DNA of 64,000 bases from Octopus vulgaris (lineage: Eukaryota). The notes under the pieces were generated by a model that worked only from the letters and a program-made list of their open reading frames with translations, made no database searches and was not told where the DNA came from. A program made the position numbers and the translations under genes. Below are positions 24,820 through 38,924 of this stretch, one piece after another; positions within the stretch are counted from its first letter, which is position 1, and each line of letters begins with the position of its first letter. The stretch is taken from assembly GCA_951406725.2 (NCBI GenBank), contig OX597829.1:23622001-23686000 (forward strand). Reading direction: 5' to 3'.

Positions 24820-25270
24820 ACTTTCACTCTTGTATTTGTTTCAGTCATTTGACTGCAGCCTTGCTGGAGCACTGCCTTTAGTTGAACAAATCAACCCCAG
24901 AACATATTCTTTGTAAGCCTAATACTTATTCTATCAGACTCTTTTGCTGAACTACTAAGTTATGGGGATGTATACACATGGTTGTCAAGAGATGGTTGAA
25001 GCACAAACACAGGCATACAAACATATGCATACACACACACACATACACACACACATGCACGCACACACACACACACACACACATGCATGCACACATATAC
25101 ACACACATACGACGGGCTTCTTTCAGATTCTGTCTACTAAATCCACTCACAAGGCTTTGGTTGGCCTGAGGCTATAGTAGAAGACACCTGCAGCAGGTGC
25201 CATGCTGTGGGACTGAACCTGGAACCGTGTGGTTGGGAAACAAGCTTCTTACCACACAGCCACTCCTACT
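24820..25270 (-). mobile_element. SINE A nested in a piggyBac-type MITE
   Basis: MITE halves at 24775-24820 and 25270-25446. Confidence 0.85.
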
Positions 25271-25559
25271 TATATTGTTTTGAATTAATCTTGCATTATC
25301 TCATAGCTTTGAAATTTTGATGATATGATCGTTCATTTTTGGACTGACATTGTAGGGGAGATGTGACAGGTAGAATTTGGTGGTTTTAAACATGCAACAG
25401 ATAGAATATTTGGGCTAGATATGACCTGTTTAAGTGCTGAAGGGTTACACACATTTGGTTAACTGACAAGTTAGGTGAATCAAAGATCTGCTTGTTTGGG
25501 ACAGTCCAAAGTAAATTAACAACATTATCAACAGCAACAACAACAACAGCAGCAGCAGC

Positions 25560-25752
25560 CATTCAAGAATTTGGACCTGGAGATCTCCATTTCCAGTGAC
25601 TTCGAGGGCCACCTCCCAGGGGTGTCAGGGTGTCAACGAAGAGCCCTCGACTACAACAAGACGACCAAAGTTTTTTTTTTCCAAGGTCTGGGGTCTCCTG
25701 CCCCTAAGCCCAAGACCATCATCTAATCACCCTTACCCGTCTTGTTGCTTAA
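25560..25752. repeat. ~190-bp structured element in CAA/CAG repeats, copy 2
   Basis: Homologous to 9405-9597. Confidence 0.85.
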
Positions 25753-27029
25753 CAACAACAACAGCAGCAGCAATAGCAACAAAGCAAAACTCCGAATGAA
25801 AACGAAGTTTTGAGGGGACAATATGTTTAATGTTGAATGTGGGAAGCGGGTCACCATAGACATGAGAATATAATAAAGTTAGAAACTGAACAGACTTAAA
25901 CCAATGCCACAATAGTCTCTACATCTCTAGCTCAATGGAGTAAAGACCAATGTAATAATGGTAACATGTCTAAGACTTCTGTAGTGGCCATAGTGCAACC
26001 TTATTTGAGCTTTGTTAGTAATTAATGAGAGCTGAACCATTTCCTGGTCTTTATGAAGAATGCTAGTCTTAAGAATATAGTTTATATCAATTATATATGA
26101 GGCAGGTCAAGAAAATTTGTAAAGACCTAACAGTTTTATTTTTTAGTGTTTTATTTGTGTTGTAATTGTTGTTGTTGTTACTGCTGTTACTACTGTGGCT
26201 GGATGTTATTGTTGTCATCGTTGTTGTTGTTATTGTTGTTGTTGTTGTTGTTGTTGTGTGGTGGTGGTGGTGGTGGTGGTGATGGAGGTGGTGGTGGTTG
26301 TAGTGTAGGAATTGTGTTGGGGCAAGCCTAGTTTTCTCTGACATTGTGTAGTGATTGTGTTATTGAAGGAGACTCAGTGCTTTGCTGTTAATTAACTCTT
26401 TAGTATTTGGATTATTCTGTTAAATGCACTGCTTAATGAAATCTCAATGATGTGATTGCTTGTTTTTAGAAAGACATTGTAAGGCAGGTGTGAGAGGCTG
26501 GATCTGGTATATTGAACATAAAAATAGATAGAATATTTGGGCCTGATGCAACTGATTTAAATGCTAAAAGGAGGATATTTTTTATTTGTATTGTACCCTT
26601 TTGTAGGTGAAGAATAAGGAAGAGTTTACCGAAGGACTGCTGCAATAAGTTTGTGAATCTGAGAGAGGAATATTTTGAATAAAATCATAATTCACCGATT
26701 CTCCAGTATTTTCTTTTACCCAACGCCAGGAACTTTTCAGCACAACTTTGTAGTACACATTTTTACTTATTCTCTTATTCTCTTATTCTTTTCAGTCATT
26801 TGACTGCAGCCATGCTGGAGCACTGCTTTTAGTCGAAAATAATCGACTCCAGCACTTATTCTTTGTAAGCCTAGTACTTATTCTATCACTCTCTTTTTGC
26901 CAACCCACTAAGTTATGGGAATGTAAACACACCAACATTGGTTGTGAAGTGGGAGGCCAAACACAGACACACAAATACATACATATATCTATATCTATTT
27001 CCATCCATCCATCCATCCATATATATTTC

Positions 27030-27935
27030 ATTGGTAAGAAAGTTCTTGGACAAGTTATGGTTGCAAGTCATTGAAGCCGATCCAATTCAAACTGCACGTC
27101 AACTCGCGGTACATTTTGGCGTCTTCCATGTCACGATCATCAACCACCTGCATCATTTCGGCAAGGTCAGCAAGCTTGTAAAATGAGTGCCACATGAATT
27201 GACTGAAGCGAACAGACAAGCATGTGTCACTGTCTGCTCTGGCAAAGCCGAAGATTCGATTGGTCGGAGTCAGTAATCACTATGGATGAAAAGTGGGTAC
27301 TGTACTCCAACGTGAGGTGCAGGCGATCCTGGTGTAGCAAAGATCAACAGCCAAAACCTTTGCTAAATGACCGCTTGTGCAAAAGAAGGTTATGATCTAA
27401 CTTTGGTGGGATTGCTGTGGTGTGATTATGTTGGGTCTTCTCCCATGCAATACCTATTTCTTTATTACCCACAAGGGGCTAAACATAGAGGGGACAAACA
27501 AGAACAGACATAGGTATTAAGTCGATTATATTGACCCCAGTGCGTAACTGGTACTTAATTTATCGACCCCGAAGGGATGAAAGGCAAAGTCGACCTCGGC
27601 GGAATTTGAACTCAGAACGTAGCAGCAGACGAAATACCGCTCAGCATTTCGCCCGGCCAGCTAATGTTTCTGCCAGCTCGCCGCCTCCCATGCAATACCA
27701 CCATTGACAAGGAAGTCTACTGTGAACAAAGCAACCGTCTAAAGATCATGCTGGCCAAAAATCACTCAAATTTGAAGAATATAATTTACCACCAAGAAAA
27801 TGTGCCAGCACATCATGCAAAGAAGACGTCAGAGAAGCTGGAGGAGGTAGGCTGGGGGATTATGGTGCACCCACCGTACTCTCCTGACCTTGCCCCTTCT
27901 GACTACCTCTTATTCTCTGCCTTGCAACGTGTGAC
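27030..27935 (+). mobile_element. Degenerate mariner transposase interrupted by SINE B (27455-27684, -)
   Basis: KVSKLVK*VPHELT (WVPHEL), VITMDEKWVLYSN, YHQENVPAH and HPPYSPDLAPSDYLLF. SINE target duplication CTCCCATGCAATACC at 27440-27454 and 27685-27699. Confidence 0.92.
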
Positions 27936-27939
27936 TGGC

Positions 27940-28100
27940 TGGCACCAGTGATGTCACATCTCATTTCTACAGCTGAGTGAACTAGAGCAACTGGGAATAA
28001 AGTGTCTTGCTGAAGAACATAACACACAGCCCGGTCCAGGAACTGAACACACTACCTCATGATTGTAAGCCCGATGCTCTGACCACTGAGCCATGCACTT
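27940..28100 (-). mobile_element. SINE family D (tRNA head, CORE-like TTGAGCAAGACACTT region)
   Basis: TGGCTCAGTGG A box, then TTGCTCTAGTTCACTCAGCTGTAGAAATG. Fuller copy at 41915-42240 (-), related element at 39762-40016 (-). Confidence 0.75.
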
Positions 28101-28220
28101 TCTTTGTTTACATACAGGGGCTATAATTATATTATATTTGAGCATGATATTATACCTACTAACATCATACCAATATCATGCCAATGTTATACCAATATTA
28201 CCAATGTTACTAATACCAAA

Positions 28221-29608
28221 AAGGCGGTGAGCTGGCAGAACCATTAGCATGCTGAGCAAAATGCTCAGTGGTATTTCGCTTGTTGCTACCTTCTGAGTTC
28301 AAATTCTGCCGAGGTCAACTTTACCTTTCGTCTTTTTGGAATCAATGAAATAAGCACCAGTTATGCATTGGGGTCGATATAATCGACTATCTCCTCCCCC
28401 AAATTTCTGGCCTTGTTCCTATAATAGTAAGGATTATTATTACCATTATTATTACTATTATTATTATTATATTAAGGTGGCGAGTTGGCAGATTTATTAG
28501 CGCGCTGGATGAATGCTTAGCAGTATTTCACCCATCACTACATTCTGAGTTCAAATTCTGCCGAGGTCAACTTTGCCTATCATCCTTTTGGGGTCAATAA
28601 ATTAAGTACCGGTGAAACATTGGGGTTGATGTAATTGACTTATGCCCTCCACCAAAATTTCCGCCCTTGTGGCAAAATTTGAAACCATAATTATTATTAT
28701 TATTATTATTATTATTAATAGAGCTTCAAATGCGGTGAGGTGGCAGAATTGTTACTACACTGGGCAACATTCTGTCCATCCACTGAGATAGACTTTGCCT
28801 TCCATTCTTTTGGGGCCAATAAAATAAGTACCAGTTGAGAACTGGGGTTGATGTAATCATCTTACACTCTTCCCTGAATATGCTGGCTTTGTGCTAAAAT
28901 TTGAAAATCCATATTGATGCCAATAGGGCTGTGAATGGGCAGAATTGTTTGCATGCTGGGCAAAATGCTTAGTGGTATTTTGTCCATCTTTACATTCTGA
29001 ATTTAAATTCTGCCAAGGTTGTCTTTCCTCTTTCATTCTTTCATGGTCCATAAAATAAGTATGAGCTGAGCACTGGTGGGGCTCGACGTAATCGACTTAC
29101 CCATTACCTCGAGAATGTTGACCTTGTGCCAACTGACTGAACAAACCCAAGGGACACAGCTCGCCGTTGAGGGCAGCGAGCTGGCAGAAACATTAGCATG
29201 CCAGGCGAAATGCTTAGCAGTATTTCGTCTGCTGTTATGTTCTGAGTTCAAATTCCGCTGAAGTTGACTTTGCCTTTCATCCTTTCGGGGTCGGTAAATT
29301 AAGTACCAGTTACGCACTGAGGTGAATGTAATTAACTTAATCCCTTTGTCTATCCTTGTTTGTCCCCTCTATGTTTAGCCCCTTGTGGGCAATAAAGAAA
29401 TAAGAATCGTTAGCACACTGGGCGAAATGCTTAGCAGTATTTCGTCTGCCGTTACGTTCTGAGTTCAAATTCTGCTGAGGTCGACTTTGCCTTTCATCCT
29501 TTTGGGGTCAATAAATTAAGTACCAGTTACACACTGGGGCAATGAAATCGATTTAATCCCCTCGTTTGTCCCCTCTATGTTTAGCCCCTTGTGGGCAATA
29601 AAGAAAAA
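28221..29608 (+). mobile_element. Head-to-tail cluster of about six SINE B copies
   Basis: Units start near 28221, 28474, 28730, 28925, 29170 and 29402, several separated by (ATT)n. Confidence 0.9.
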
Positions 29609-30436
29609 AGGGACATAGACTGTGAACTGAATGACTGTCACCTGTTGATATATCATTTCAGATACGTCATATCCCATTCACCAAGATGAGTGATATCCTA
29701 CATGCTCTGACATGCACTGATTAATAATGCAGCAAGTGTGGGCAGGAAGAATGTTGCATGTGTGTGTGTGCGAGGGGTGGATGAGGAGAGTGCAGTGTAT
29801 TAGGGTAGGGAGAGTACTGCAGTATGAGTATGTGTGCGTGTGTGTGTGTGGAGGAGAGTGTAATGTGGGTGGGAAAGTGCAGTGTGATTGGAAAGAGATC
29901 TGTATGTGTGTGCGTGAGGAAGGGGGAGGGGGAAGAATGCAGTGTGGACAGGTAGAGTTTTGACTGTGGGTGTGAAGAGTGCAGCGTGGGTGGGGAGAGT
30001 ACTATGTGTGGAGGGGAGTGGGTGCAGTGTGTGTGTAGTGTATGAGTGTGGGCTGTGCAGAGAGATTGCAATGTGAAATCGTATTCAGTTGGTTCTCTTT
30101 CTTCACTGTCCATTCACTTTGACATGGATACAATTTCTCAAAACGGTTTGTCAAACTGTTTATCAGGAACACAACACAATGACTATTGATGTAAATAAGG
30201 ATCTGATCTTACCTAGATACCTAACCTAGACATACTAATATCGTGTTAAATTTCTCACCTATTGTGTCTCACAAGTCATTTTTTATACAACATTTCCCAT
30301 AGCTTTGAATAGATTAACAATCCTAAGATTATTAAGAGGAAATGTTCAAGTAGGTTGTATTTTATTGTCACTTGTTTTTCATCTAAGTGTGAATCTGTGT
30401 TTATATATATATATCTATACACACACAAATACATAA

Positions 30437-30621
<185 letters not shown>

Positions 30622-31134
30622 GGTCCCGGGTTGAGTTGGGGTTAACCACAGTAAATAAGGTACTCAATACATAGCAGAGTAAATTAAATATATATATATA
30701 CATACATACACATATACATACATACATTTATAAATATATATCATCATCATCATCATCATTGTTTAACGTCTGTTTTCCATGCTAGCATGGGTTGGACGGT
30801 TCGACCGAGGATTTGGGAAGCCAGAAGGCTGCGCCAGGCCCAGTCTGATCTGGCAGTGTTTCTACGGCTGGATGCCCTTCCTAACGCCAACCACTCCGTG
30901 AGTGTAGTAGGTGCTTTTTACGTGCCACCTGCACAGGTGCCAGACGAGGCTGGCAAACGGCCATGATTGGATGGTGCTTTTTACGTGCCACCGGCACAGA
31001 GGCCAGTCAGGGTGGCGCTGGCAATGGCCACGTTCGGATGGTTCTCTTACGTGCCATCGGCACTATGTATAAATTTAACTGAATGAGATAAAAATCCAAG
31101 GCTGTGAAAGATTTCAGAACATTTATAAAGAGAA

Positions 31135-31184
31135 TGTCTTACAACTGTTTCCATGATATTTTATATATCCCTTCATCGAAGACA
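31135..31184 (-). ncRNA. Decayed minimal hammerhead ribozyme motif
   Basis: Minus strand: TGTCT (stem I), TCGATGA (core, CT->TC), GATAT..ATATC (stem II), GAAAC-AGTT-GTA, AGACA (stem I'). Confidence 0.6.
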
Positions 31185-31997
31185 GTGTGAGAAAGTGGTT
31201 AAGCAATAGTTATTCTAGAGAAGAATGAAATAGAGATTGAAATGGTGGAATGAAAACAGATGTGAGATATGCAGGGATATTGCATATGACCTAATATATG
31301 ACCTGCGTTGGACTCCTCATTCGCATAATCACTGAACCTGGAGCTTAACTATTGTCTGTCCATAGCACTTAATCAGCATTATTACCTGACACCTTTAGGT
31401 CTTATTGACACCATTACCTCTCATATATATATATGTATATACACTCACACACACATACATGTACACATATGAACAAACACTTATATTTAAACACATCCAT
31501 CTGTTCATCTTTACATAAATGTGCACATATTATATTGCCACCACTGTCATTAACTATCAGATATGTGCCACCACCATCACCACCACCACCACCGCCACTG
31601 CTGCCACTGCCACTACTGCTGCTTCAACTGCTGCCGCTGCCACTGCTGCCCCTGCCACTGCTGCCGCTGCCACTGCTGCCACTGCCACTGCTGCTGCCAC
31701 CACCGCTGCCGCCACCACCGCCGCCACCGCCGCCACCACCACCACCACCACCATCATCATCATTATAATAAAGGTGGTGAGCTGGCAGTATTGTTCGCAC
31801 ACTGAATGAAATCCTTAGTGATATTTCGCCTATCACTATGTGCTGAGTTCAAATTCCACTGAGGGCATCTTTGCCTTTCATCCTTTTGGGGTTGATAAAA
31901 TAAGTACCAGTGAAGCACTGGGGTCAATATAATTGACTAGTCTCCTCTCCCAAAATTTCAGGCCTTGTGCCTTTAGTAGAAAAGATAATTATTATTA

Positions 31998-32082
<85 letters not shown>

Positions 32083-32569
32083 GTTCTGAGTTCATATTTT
32101 TTCTCATCCTTCTGAAATCCATACAATAACATGTCAGTCACCTCACAATTGCTGATCTTCTGCCTAACACACACACACATGTGCGTGTGTGTGTGTGTGA
32201 GTATATGTGTGTAATATTGGATTTTCAGATAAATTTGTTTATAATTTTTTTCATTTATTTTAATCCATTTCTATGAATTAAGATGAAAATATTTTTTATC
32301 ATAATGTTTTATGGATGTTCTTTCCTTCGTAGATCTATTCTTCCTCGACAACTTTTTGTTTACTGTTTTGAAATTTAAATAAATTTGACTTTTTTGCAGA
32401 CATATGAAGATGGAGTGCCAAGTAGAAAAAAAAATTTGATAATCCAATATATATTGGACTATGGTTCATAATTGTATGAAAAGAAAAAAGAAAAAAATTG
32501 AAGGCACAGGCATACTAAGGAATGACAAACAAAATGTATTAGTTTGCTGCTCATGAAAAATGGAAGAAG

Positions 32570-32608
32570 TCTTTGACATTTCGAGCCTATGCTCTTCTAC
32601 AGAAAAGA
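32570..32608 (-). ncRNA. Hammerhead-like Penelope-tail motif (variant core)
   Basis: Minus strand TCTTTT-CTGTAGA-AGAGC-ATAG-GCTC-GAAA-T-GTC-AAAGA. Core differs from CUGANGA. Confidence 0.4.
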
Positions 32609-34206
32609 ATGAGGAACGAAACCACGAAGAGAAGGAAATAAAAATGGAGAGAGGAAAAAATAAACATATCTGGATTAACAATTGCAAATGTTGAATGGAA
32701 TACTGGACTAAAAGAAAAAGTCAGTTTGAAAAGAGTGATGAAAGGAGAGAAAGGAAGAAAGGAAAGAAAGAATGAATGAAAGAGAGAGAGAGAGAAAGAA
32801 AAAAAAAAGAAAGAATGAATGAAAGGATAAAAGGAATAAAGAAAAGTTTTTTTATGTGAATTTGACTGGAGATTCTTGTGATTAAAACTGACATTTTATT
32901 TCAGTTTCTCACTTCAACCATAATTGGAAGCCATGAAAGAAAATAAAATATTAAGTTCTTTTTGTTAATCTTACATCTTATATTTATTCATCTATTCATT
33001 CATTTTTTCATTCATTCTTTCATTCATTCATTCATTCATTCATTCATTCATTCTTTCCTTTATATATCTATTCCTTAGTTTAAGATGTGGCTGTTGGTAA
33101 TGTTGATGGTGGTGATGATGGTGGTGCCAGTGGTGATGTTGTTGTTGTCAGTGGTGGCAGTAGCAGTGATGTTGATGTTGGTGAAGATAGCCGAGGAAAT
33201 ATTTCCAGTTGACTGCCTCCCCACCCGTCCCCACATGCGATTCCTTTGATGTGAAGCCACCAACAGTGGTTCTGCTTGATGTGCCTGTCATGATTTTCAT
33301 TCTCAGAGTCTGGTGTTCTTCAGTTAAATAAATCAATCAACCTCTATGGAAACCCACATCATCATCATCACAATTATTTACAAATGTAATTCAATTGTGA
33401 CACCGACATGGGACATGTTACTGTGAACTTGGAATGGTGGCAGCCAATACCGTAGACCACATAAACTTACTATAGACATCAATGACACAAATTAACACTT
33501 CAATATTTGGTAAAATTCTAAAAACAGAGGAATGATACAATCATAATTCTTCCAACACACTGACTTTACTGGATTATAGCAAAAAAAAAACCCAAAAAAA
33601 CCCCAAGAATTTCATTCAGCTAATTCATGTTGACATACAATACCATCACTGATCTTATTTGGGTCTAACCCTGACAGTTCGGAGATTTTGTTATGGTTCA
33701 TTTTGGCTGTAATTATTGTTGTTTTGCTTTTGCTATCATTTGTATGTTCATTGTTATTGTTTTTATGTTTGCCTCTGTGACTCTGTGTGTGTGTGTGTGT
33801 GTAGCCTGCCAAAATTCTTTGCCCTTTCTCTCATGTTTTTCTTTCATCTATGATGATTCTTTACTCTTGCCAATTACATGGTGACATCACTAATACTAGA
33901 GCCACAGATAGCACCCAGTATATTCTATAAAATGGTTGGTGTAATAAGAAAAGGCATTCAGCTTTAGAAACCTTGCCAACACTGAGACATTGGAATATGG
34001 CGTAGCAGTCATGTTGGAACATGTCAAAGCGTCCAACCAATGCAAAACATGGAAGGCGGATATAAAAATGATGTTGATGATGATGATGATAATGATATTG
34101 ACAATGATGACAACGACAAAGATGATGATGACAATGATGATGACAAGGATGATGATGATGATGATGATGATGGTAGAACACAACTTTATATGTGTGTTTA
34201 CCAATT

Positions 34207-34443
34207 CTTATTTCTTTATTGCCCACAAGGGGCTAAACATAGAGAGGACAAACAAGGACAGACAAAGGTATTAAGTCGATTGCATCGACCCCAGTGCATA
34301 ACTGGTACTTAATTTATCAACCCCGAAAGGATGAAAGGCAAAGTCTACCTTGGCGGAATTTGAACTCAGAACATAATGGCAGATGAAATACTGCTAAGCA
34401 TTTCGCCCGGTGTGCTAACATTTCTGCCAGCTCGCTGCCTTAA
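34207..34443 (-). mobile_element. SINE B with 17-bp target duplication
   Basis: GTGTGTTTACCAATTCT on both sides. Older copies follow at 34500-34730 and 34955-35172. Confidence 0.9.
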
Positions 34444-35190
34444 AGTGTGTTTACCAATTCTACCAATCAATACCCACCAATTTGTTACAATATTCTTAAT
34501 TCTTTCTAAGTTTTGATTCAAGGCCTGAAATTTTGGTTGGGAGAGGGGCTATGGTTGGGAGAGGGGCTAGTCGATTACATCACCCCCACCCCTGCAATAT
34601 CATCATTTCTGATACGATAAACAGTGAAGTCAACACTCAGCAACATTTAAACACAGAATGTGAAGCCAAAAGAAGTGTGACTAAGCATTTTTGTCCAAAA
34701 TGCTAATGATTCCACCAACTTTCCACCTTTAAATAATCATTTCTAAGATTGGTACAAGGTCGAAGTTTCAGAGGAGGAAATTATTCCATTTTTGACATTG
34801 TACATATTTTATTTTATCAACTCCAGAGAGAGAAAAGGCCAAGCTAACTTTTGTAGGGTTTGTACTATACAATTTAAAGAATCTTAACCAATACTGTACA
34901 TCATTTTTTTCTGATGCCCAAGCAAATTTACTTTAATAATAATAATGATGATGATGATCCTTTCTGCTATAGGAACAAGGACTGAAATTTGGTGGGAGGG
35001 GGCAGTTGATTAGATCGATTCCAGTACACAACTGGTACTTAATTTATTGATCCCGAAAGGATGAAAGGTAAAGTTGACCTCAGCAAAGTTTGAACTCAGA
35101 ATGTAAGGATGGATGAAATACCATTAAGCATTTTGTTTGGCATGCTAATGATTCTGCCAGCTCACTGCCTGATAAGAACAATAATAATAA

Positions 35191-35706
35191 ATGCCCTGAT
35201 GTGGTACCAGGCAGTGCCTCTCGTGGATTTTGATCTTAACTGACTGGAAGTGTTATCATGTACATTGTTTTGTCTTGGTATAAAAGATGGGCTACAGCAA
35301 ATATTTTGCTCAATACCACAGATTTGCTTGTCCAATGTTTGACCTTAACCAGTTGAGCATGTCCCTTAGTGGCTGACGATATGTGCATCTCTGATCACGA
35401 GCAGAAGTAGTGGGGGAGCATCATAGCCATGTGTTGAGAGGAATTCTTTGGGGTTTGGTTAATTCACCTTTGGAAACATGGGTGTTTCATTCAACATCCT
35501 TAAACAACCCTTATTCAGAGACCTTTTGAACAGGATGGGTTACTCGACCAGAAGAAAATTCTAACTGGTCCTCACCTGCAAGGTCATGTGCTGTTTACCT
35601 TGATATGAAATCACCACATCGCCAGACGTAGTCATGATGAGTATACTGGACAGTGTGTATATTTTACCCCAGTGTCACTTTGATGGTATGCACTGCTCTC
35701 TCACTC
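35191..35706. repeat. ~515-bp non-coding block inserted in (AAT)n
   Basis: Complex sequence with sharp (AAT)n borders on both sides and no meaningful ORF. Repeat status is inferred. Confidence 0.45.
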
Positions 35707-36023
35707 AATAATAATAACAATAATAATAATCATCATCATCATCATCATCATCGTTTAACGTCCGCTTTCCATGCTAGCATGGGTTGGATGGTTCAACTGG
35801 GGTCTGTGAAGCCAGAAGGCTGCACCAGACCCTGTTTGATCTGGCAGTGTTTCTACAGCTGGATGCCCTTCCTAACGCCAACCACTCCGGCCATGATCGG
35901 ATGGTGCTTTTTACGTGCCACCAGCACGGAAACCAGATGAAGCTGGCAACGGCCATGATCGGATGGTGCTTTTTATGTGTCACCGGTATGGAGGCCAGTC
36001 AGGGCAGCGCTGTGTACGGCTAC

Positions 36024-36079
<56 letters not shown>

Positions 36080-36609
36080 TATAATAATAATAATAATAAT
36101 AATTATAATTATAATAATAATAATAATAATAATGATAATAATAATAATAATAACAATAATAGGGGTTTCATATTTTGGCACAAGGCCAGCAACTTCAAGG
36201 GAGGGAGTAAGTTAAATACATTGACCCCAGTGCTCAACTGCTATTTATTTTATTGACTTTGAATGGATAAAAGGCAAGCACAACTTCAGCGGAATTTGAT
36301 CTCAGAACATAAAGATGGATGAAATGCTGTTAAGCATTTTGCATGGCATTCTAATAATTCTGCCAGCTCACCATCTTCACCACAACAATAATAATTATCT
36401 TTAATTTAAACACAAAACCAATAATTTTGAGGATTGGGGAAGACTAGACAATTACATTGACCCCCCCCCCCCCAGTACATGACTGGTACTTTATTCTATC
36501 AACTTCTGGAAAAGTGACAGGCAAAGTTGAGCTTTTAACCAGATTGGAATTCATAAGCTGATTCAGTCACAGAATAATAGTTATTTGGTGATTTCTTACA
36601 TTGTTACTA

Positions 36610-36812
36610 GGTGTAGGAGTGGCTGTATAGGCATAGGCATAGCTGTGTGGTAAGAAGTTTGCTTCCAAACCATGTGGCTTCAGGTTCAGTCCCACTGCGT
36701 GGCACCTTGGGTAAGAGTCTTCTACGATAGCCTCATGCCGACCAAAGCCTTGTAAGGGGATTTGGTAGATGGAAACTGAAAGAAGCCCATCATATATATA
36801 TGTAGCACATCG

Positions 36813-36847
<35 letters not shown>

Positions 36848-37295
36848 GTGTATGTGTTTGTGCGTCTGTGTTTGTACCCCCAACATTGCTTGATAACCAA
36901 TGCTGGTGTCTTTATGTCCCTGTAACTTAACAGTTCAGCAAAAGAGACCAATAGAATAAGTACTAGGCTTACAAAGAATAAGTCCTGGGGTCGATTTGCT
37001 CAACTAAAAAAGGCGGTGCTCCAGCATGGCCACAGTCAAATGACTGAAACAAGTAAAAGAGTAAAAATAGTCTGTATATATTTGTGTATGTGTGTGTGTC
37101 CCCCACTAATGCTTGACAACCGATGCTGGCATGTTTATGCCCCACTAACTTATCAGTTTGGCAAAAGAGGCCGATAGAATAAGTACTAGGCTTACAAAGA
37201 ATAAGTCCTGGGGGTTGATTTGTTCAACAAAAAGGCTGTGCTCCAGCATGGCTACGGTCAAATGACTGAAACAAGAAAAAGAATAAAAGAATAAA
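36610..37295 (+). mobile_element. SINE A plus a second 3' half in tandem
   Basis: Family consensus; the 3' module is repeated at 37080-37295. Confidence 0.85.
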
Positions 37296-37619
37296 CTAAA
37301 ATAAGAAATAGCAAGGACGACAACCAATTCTACAGACCGCAATACATAACTGGTACATCTTTGTTTATCTATGAATAATGATAAGTAAAATTGATCTCTA
37401 TGTGATGTGAACTCTGACCTTGACAAGTTAGTCTTTGCCTAGTCATTGTTAATTTGCAGACATTTCCTAAATCAATGGACAGTCTGAAGAATAAAAAAAC
37501 AAAAGTCAGTCTAGGTATTAGAGATTTAATCTCTGTTGAGGATTTTTGCTGACTAATACAACATAATCTCTTGTTGATGGATTAGTTTGTTAATCCGACT
37601 ACTGGCTTGTTATAGTGTT

Positions 37620-38860
37620 GGATGTAGTAGAGGTAGTGGTCTGGTGTTGATGATGGTTGTGTTGATTGTATTAGTAGTGGTAAGAGTGGTGGTGGTGATG
37701 CTGGTGGGTGTATTGTTAATGGTTGATGTAGTGGTAGTGATGTTGGTGGTGGTACTGGTGGCTGTGTTGGTAGTTGTGGTATTCATGGTTGTGATGTTGA
37801 TGGTGGTAGTTGTATCTGGGTTATTGTTGGGATGGTGGTGGTAGTAGTAGTGGTGTTGGTTATTGCAACAGTAGTGATGCTGAAGATGGCAGTGTAGGCA
37901 GTTGTAATGGTGGTGGTGGTGGTGGTGGTGTTAATGGCAATAATGTTGGGGTTGATGTTGGTAATAGGGTGGCAGTGATGATGATGGTAGTGGTGGTGGC
38001 AGTGGTGAGGTGGTGGTAATGATAGTGATTATGATAATGATGATGATAATGATGGTGGTAGTAGTGGTGGTGGTGGTGGTAGTTTCATTGGTGGTGATGG
38101 TGGTGATGGTGGTGTTGGTAATGTTGATCTTAGTGTTGGTGGTGGTGGTGATGGTGGTGGTAATAATGATGATGATGACAGTGATAGTAGTAATAGTAAT
38201 GGTAGTAGTGGTGGTGTTGGTCATATTACTGATGGTGTTGGTATTGGTGGTGGTGGTGGTAGTTGTAGTGCAAACATTGAGTTGGTTTCAGAGTCCGTGA
38301 CATGGAAATGTATTTTCTTTTAAAGTCTGAAACTGGGACATTAATAAAAAACAAAAAGCATCATCATCATCATAGCCATCATTACAGTTATCATCATCAT
38401 TATCAGCATCTCATCACCACAACCACTACCACTACCACCAGCACTACCACCAGCACTACCATAAGAATCATCCTCTCCCCAACCACTTCCAACATCACCA
38501 AACCATTGTCATCATTGTTGTTATCACCATTGTTGTCATATAGTTGTCCTCCTCCTCCTCCTCCTCCTCACTACCACCACCATTATCATCATCATCATTG
38601 CCATCATCATCAGCAATAGCAGCAGCAACAAGCTACTCCTCCTCCTCCTCCTCCTCCTCATCATCATCATCCTCCTCACTGCCAGACTCCACCACAACCA
38701 CCAACCACCACCACCAACCACCACTATCACCATCAGCAGCAGCAACTGCAGGAGCCACAGCAACAACAGCACAGTAGCAGCATCAGTTGTTTTATCGATA
38801 GTATAGCTGCAGCAGATGCAGCAGCCACAACAGCAGCAGCAGCAAGAACAGTAGCAATAT
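37620..38860. repeat. GGT/GAT tract followed by complementary CAC/CAT/CAG tract
   Basis: Strand polarity switches at a unique island, 38272-38358. Confidence 0.9.
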
Positions 38861-38924
38861 CAACAGTAGGATCCACAGTTATCCCTGGTTCTCTCCCTGT
38901 CCTCTCCTGAGTGTATACTGATCA

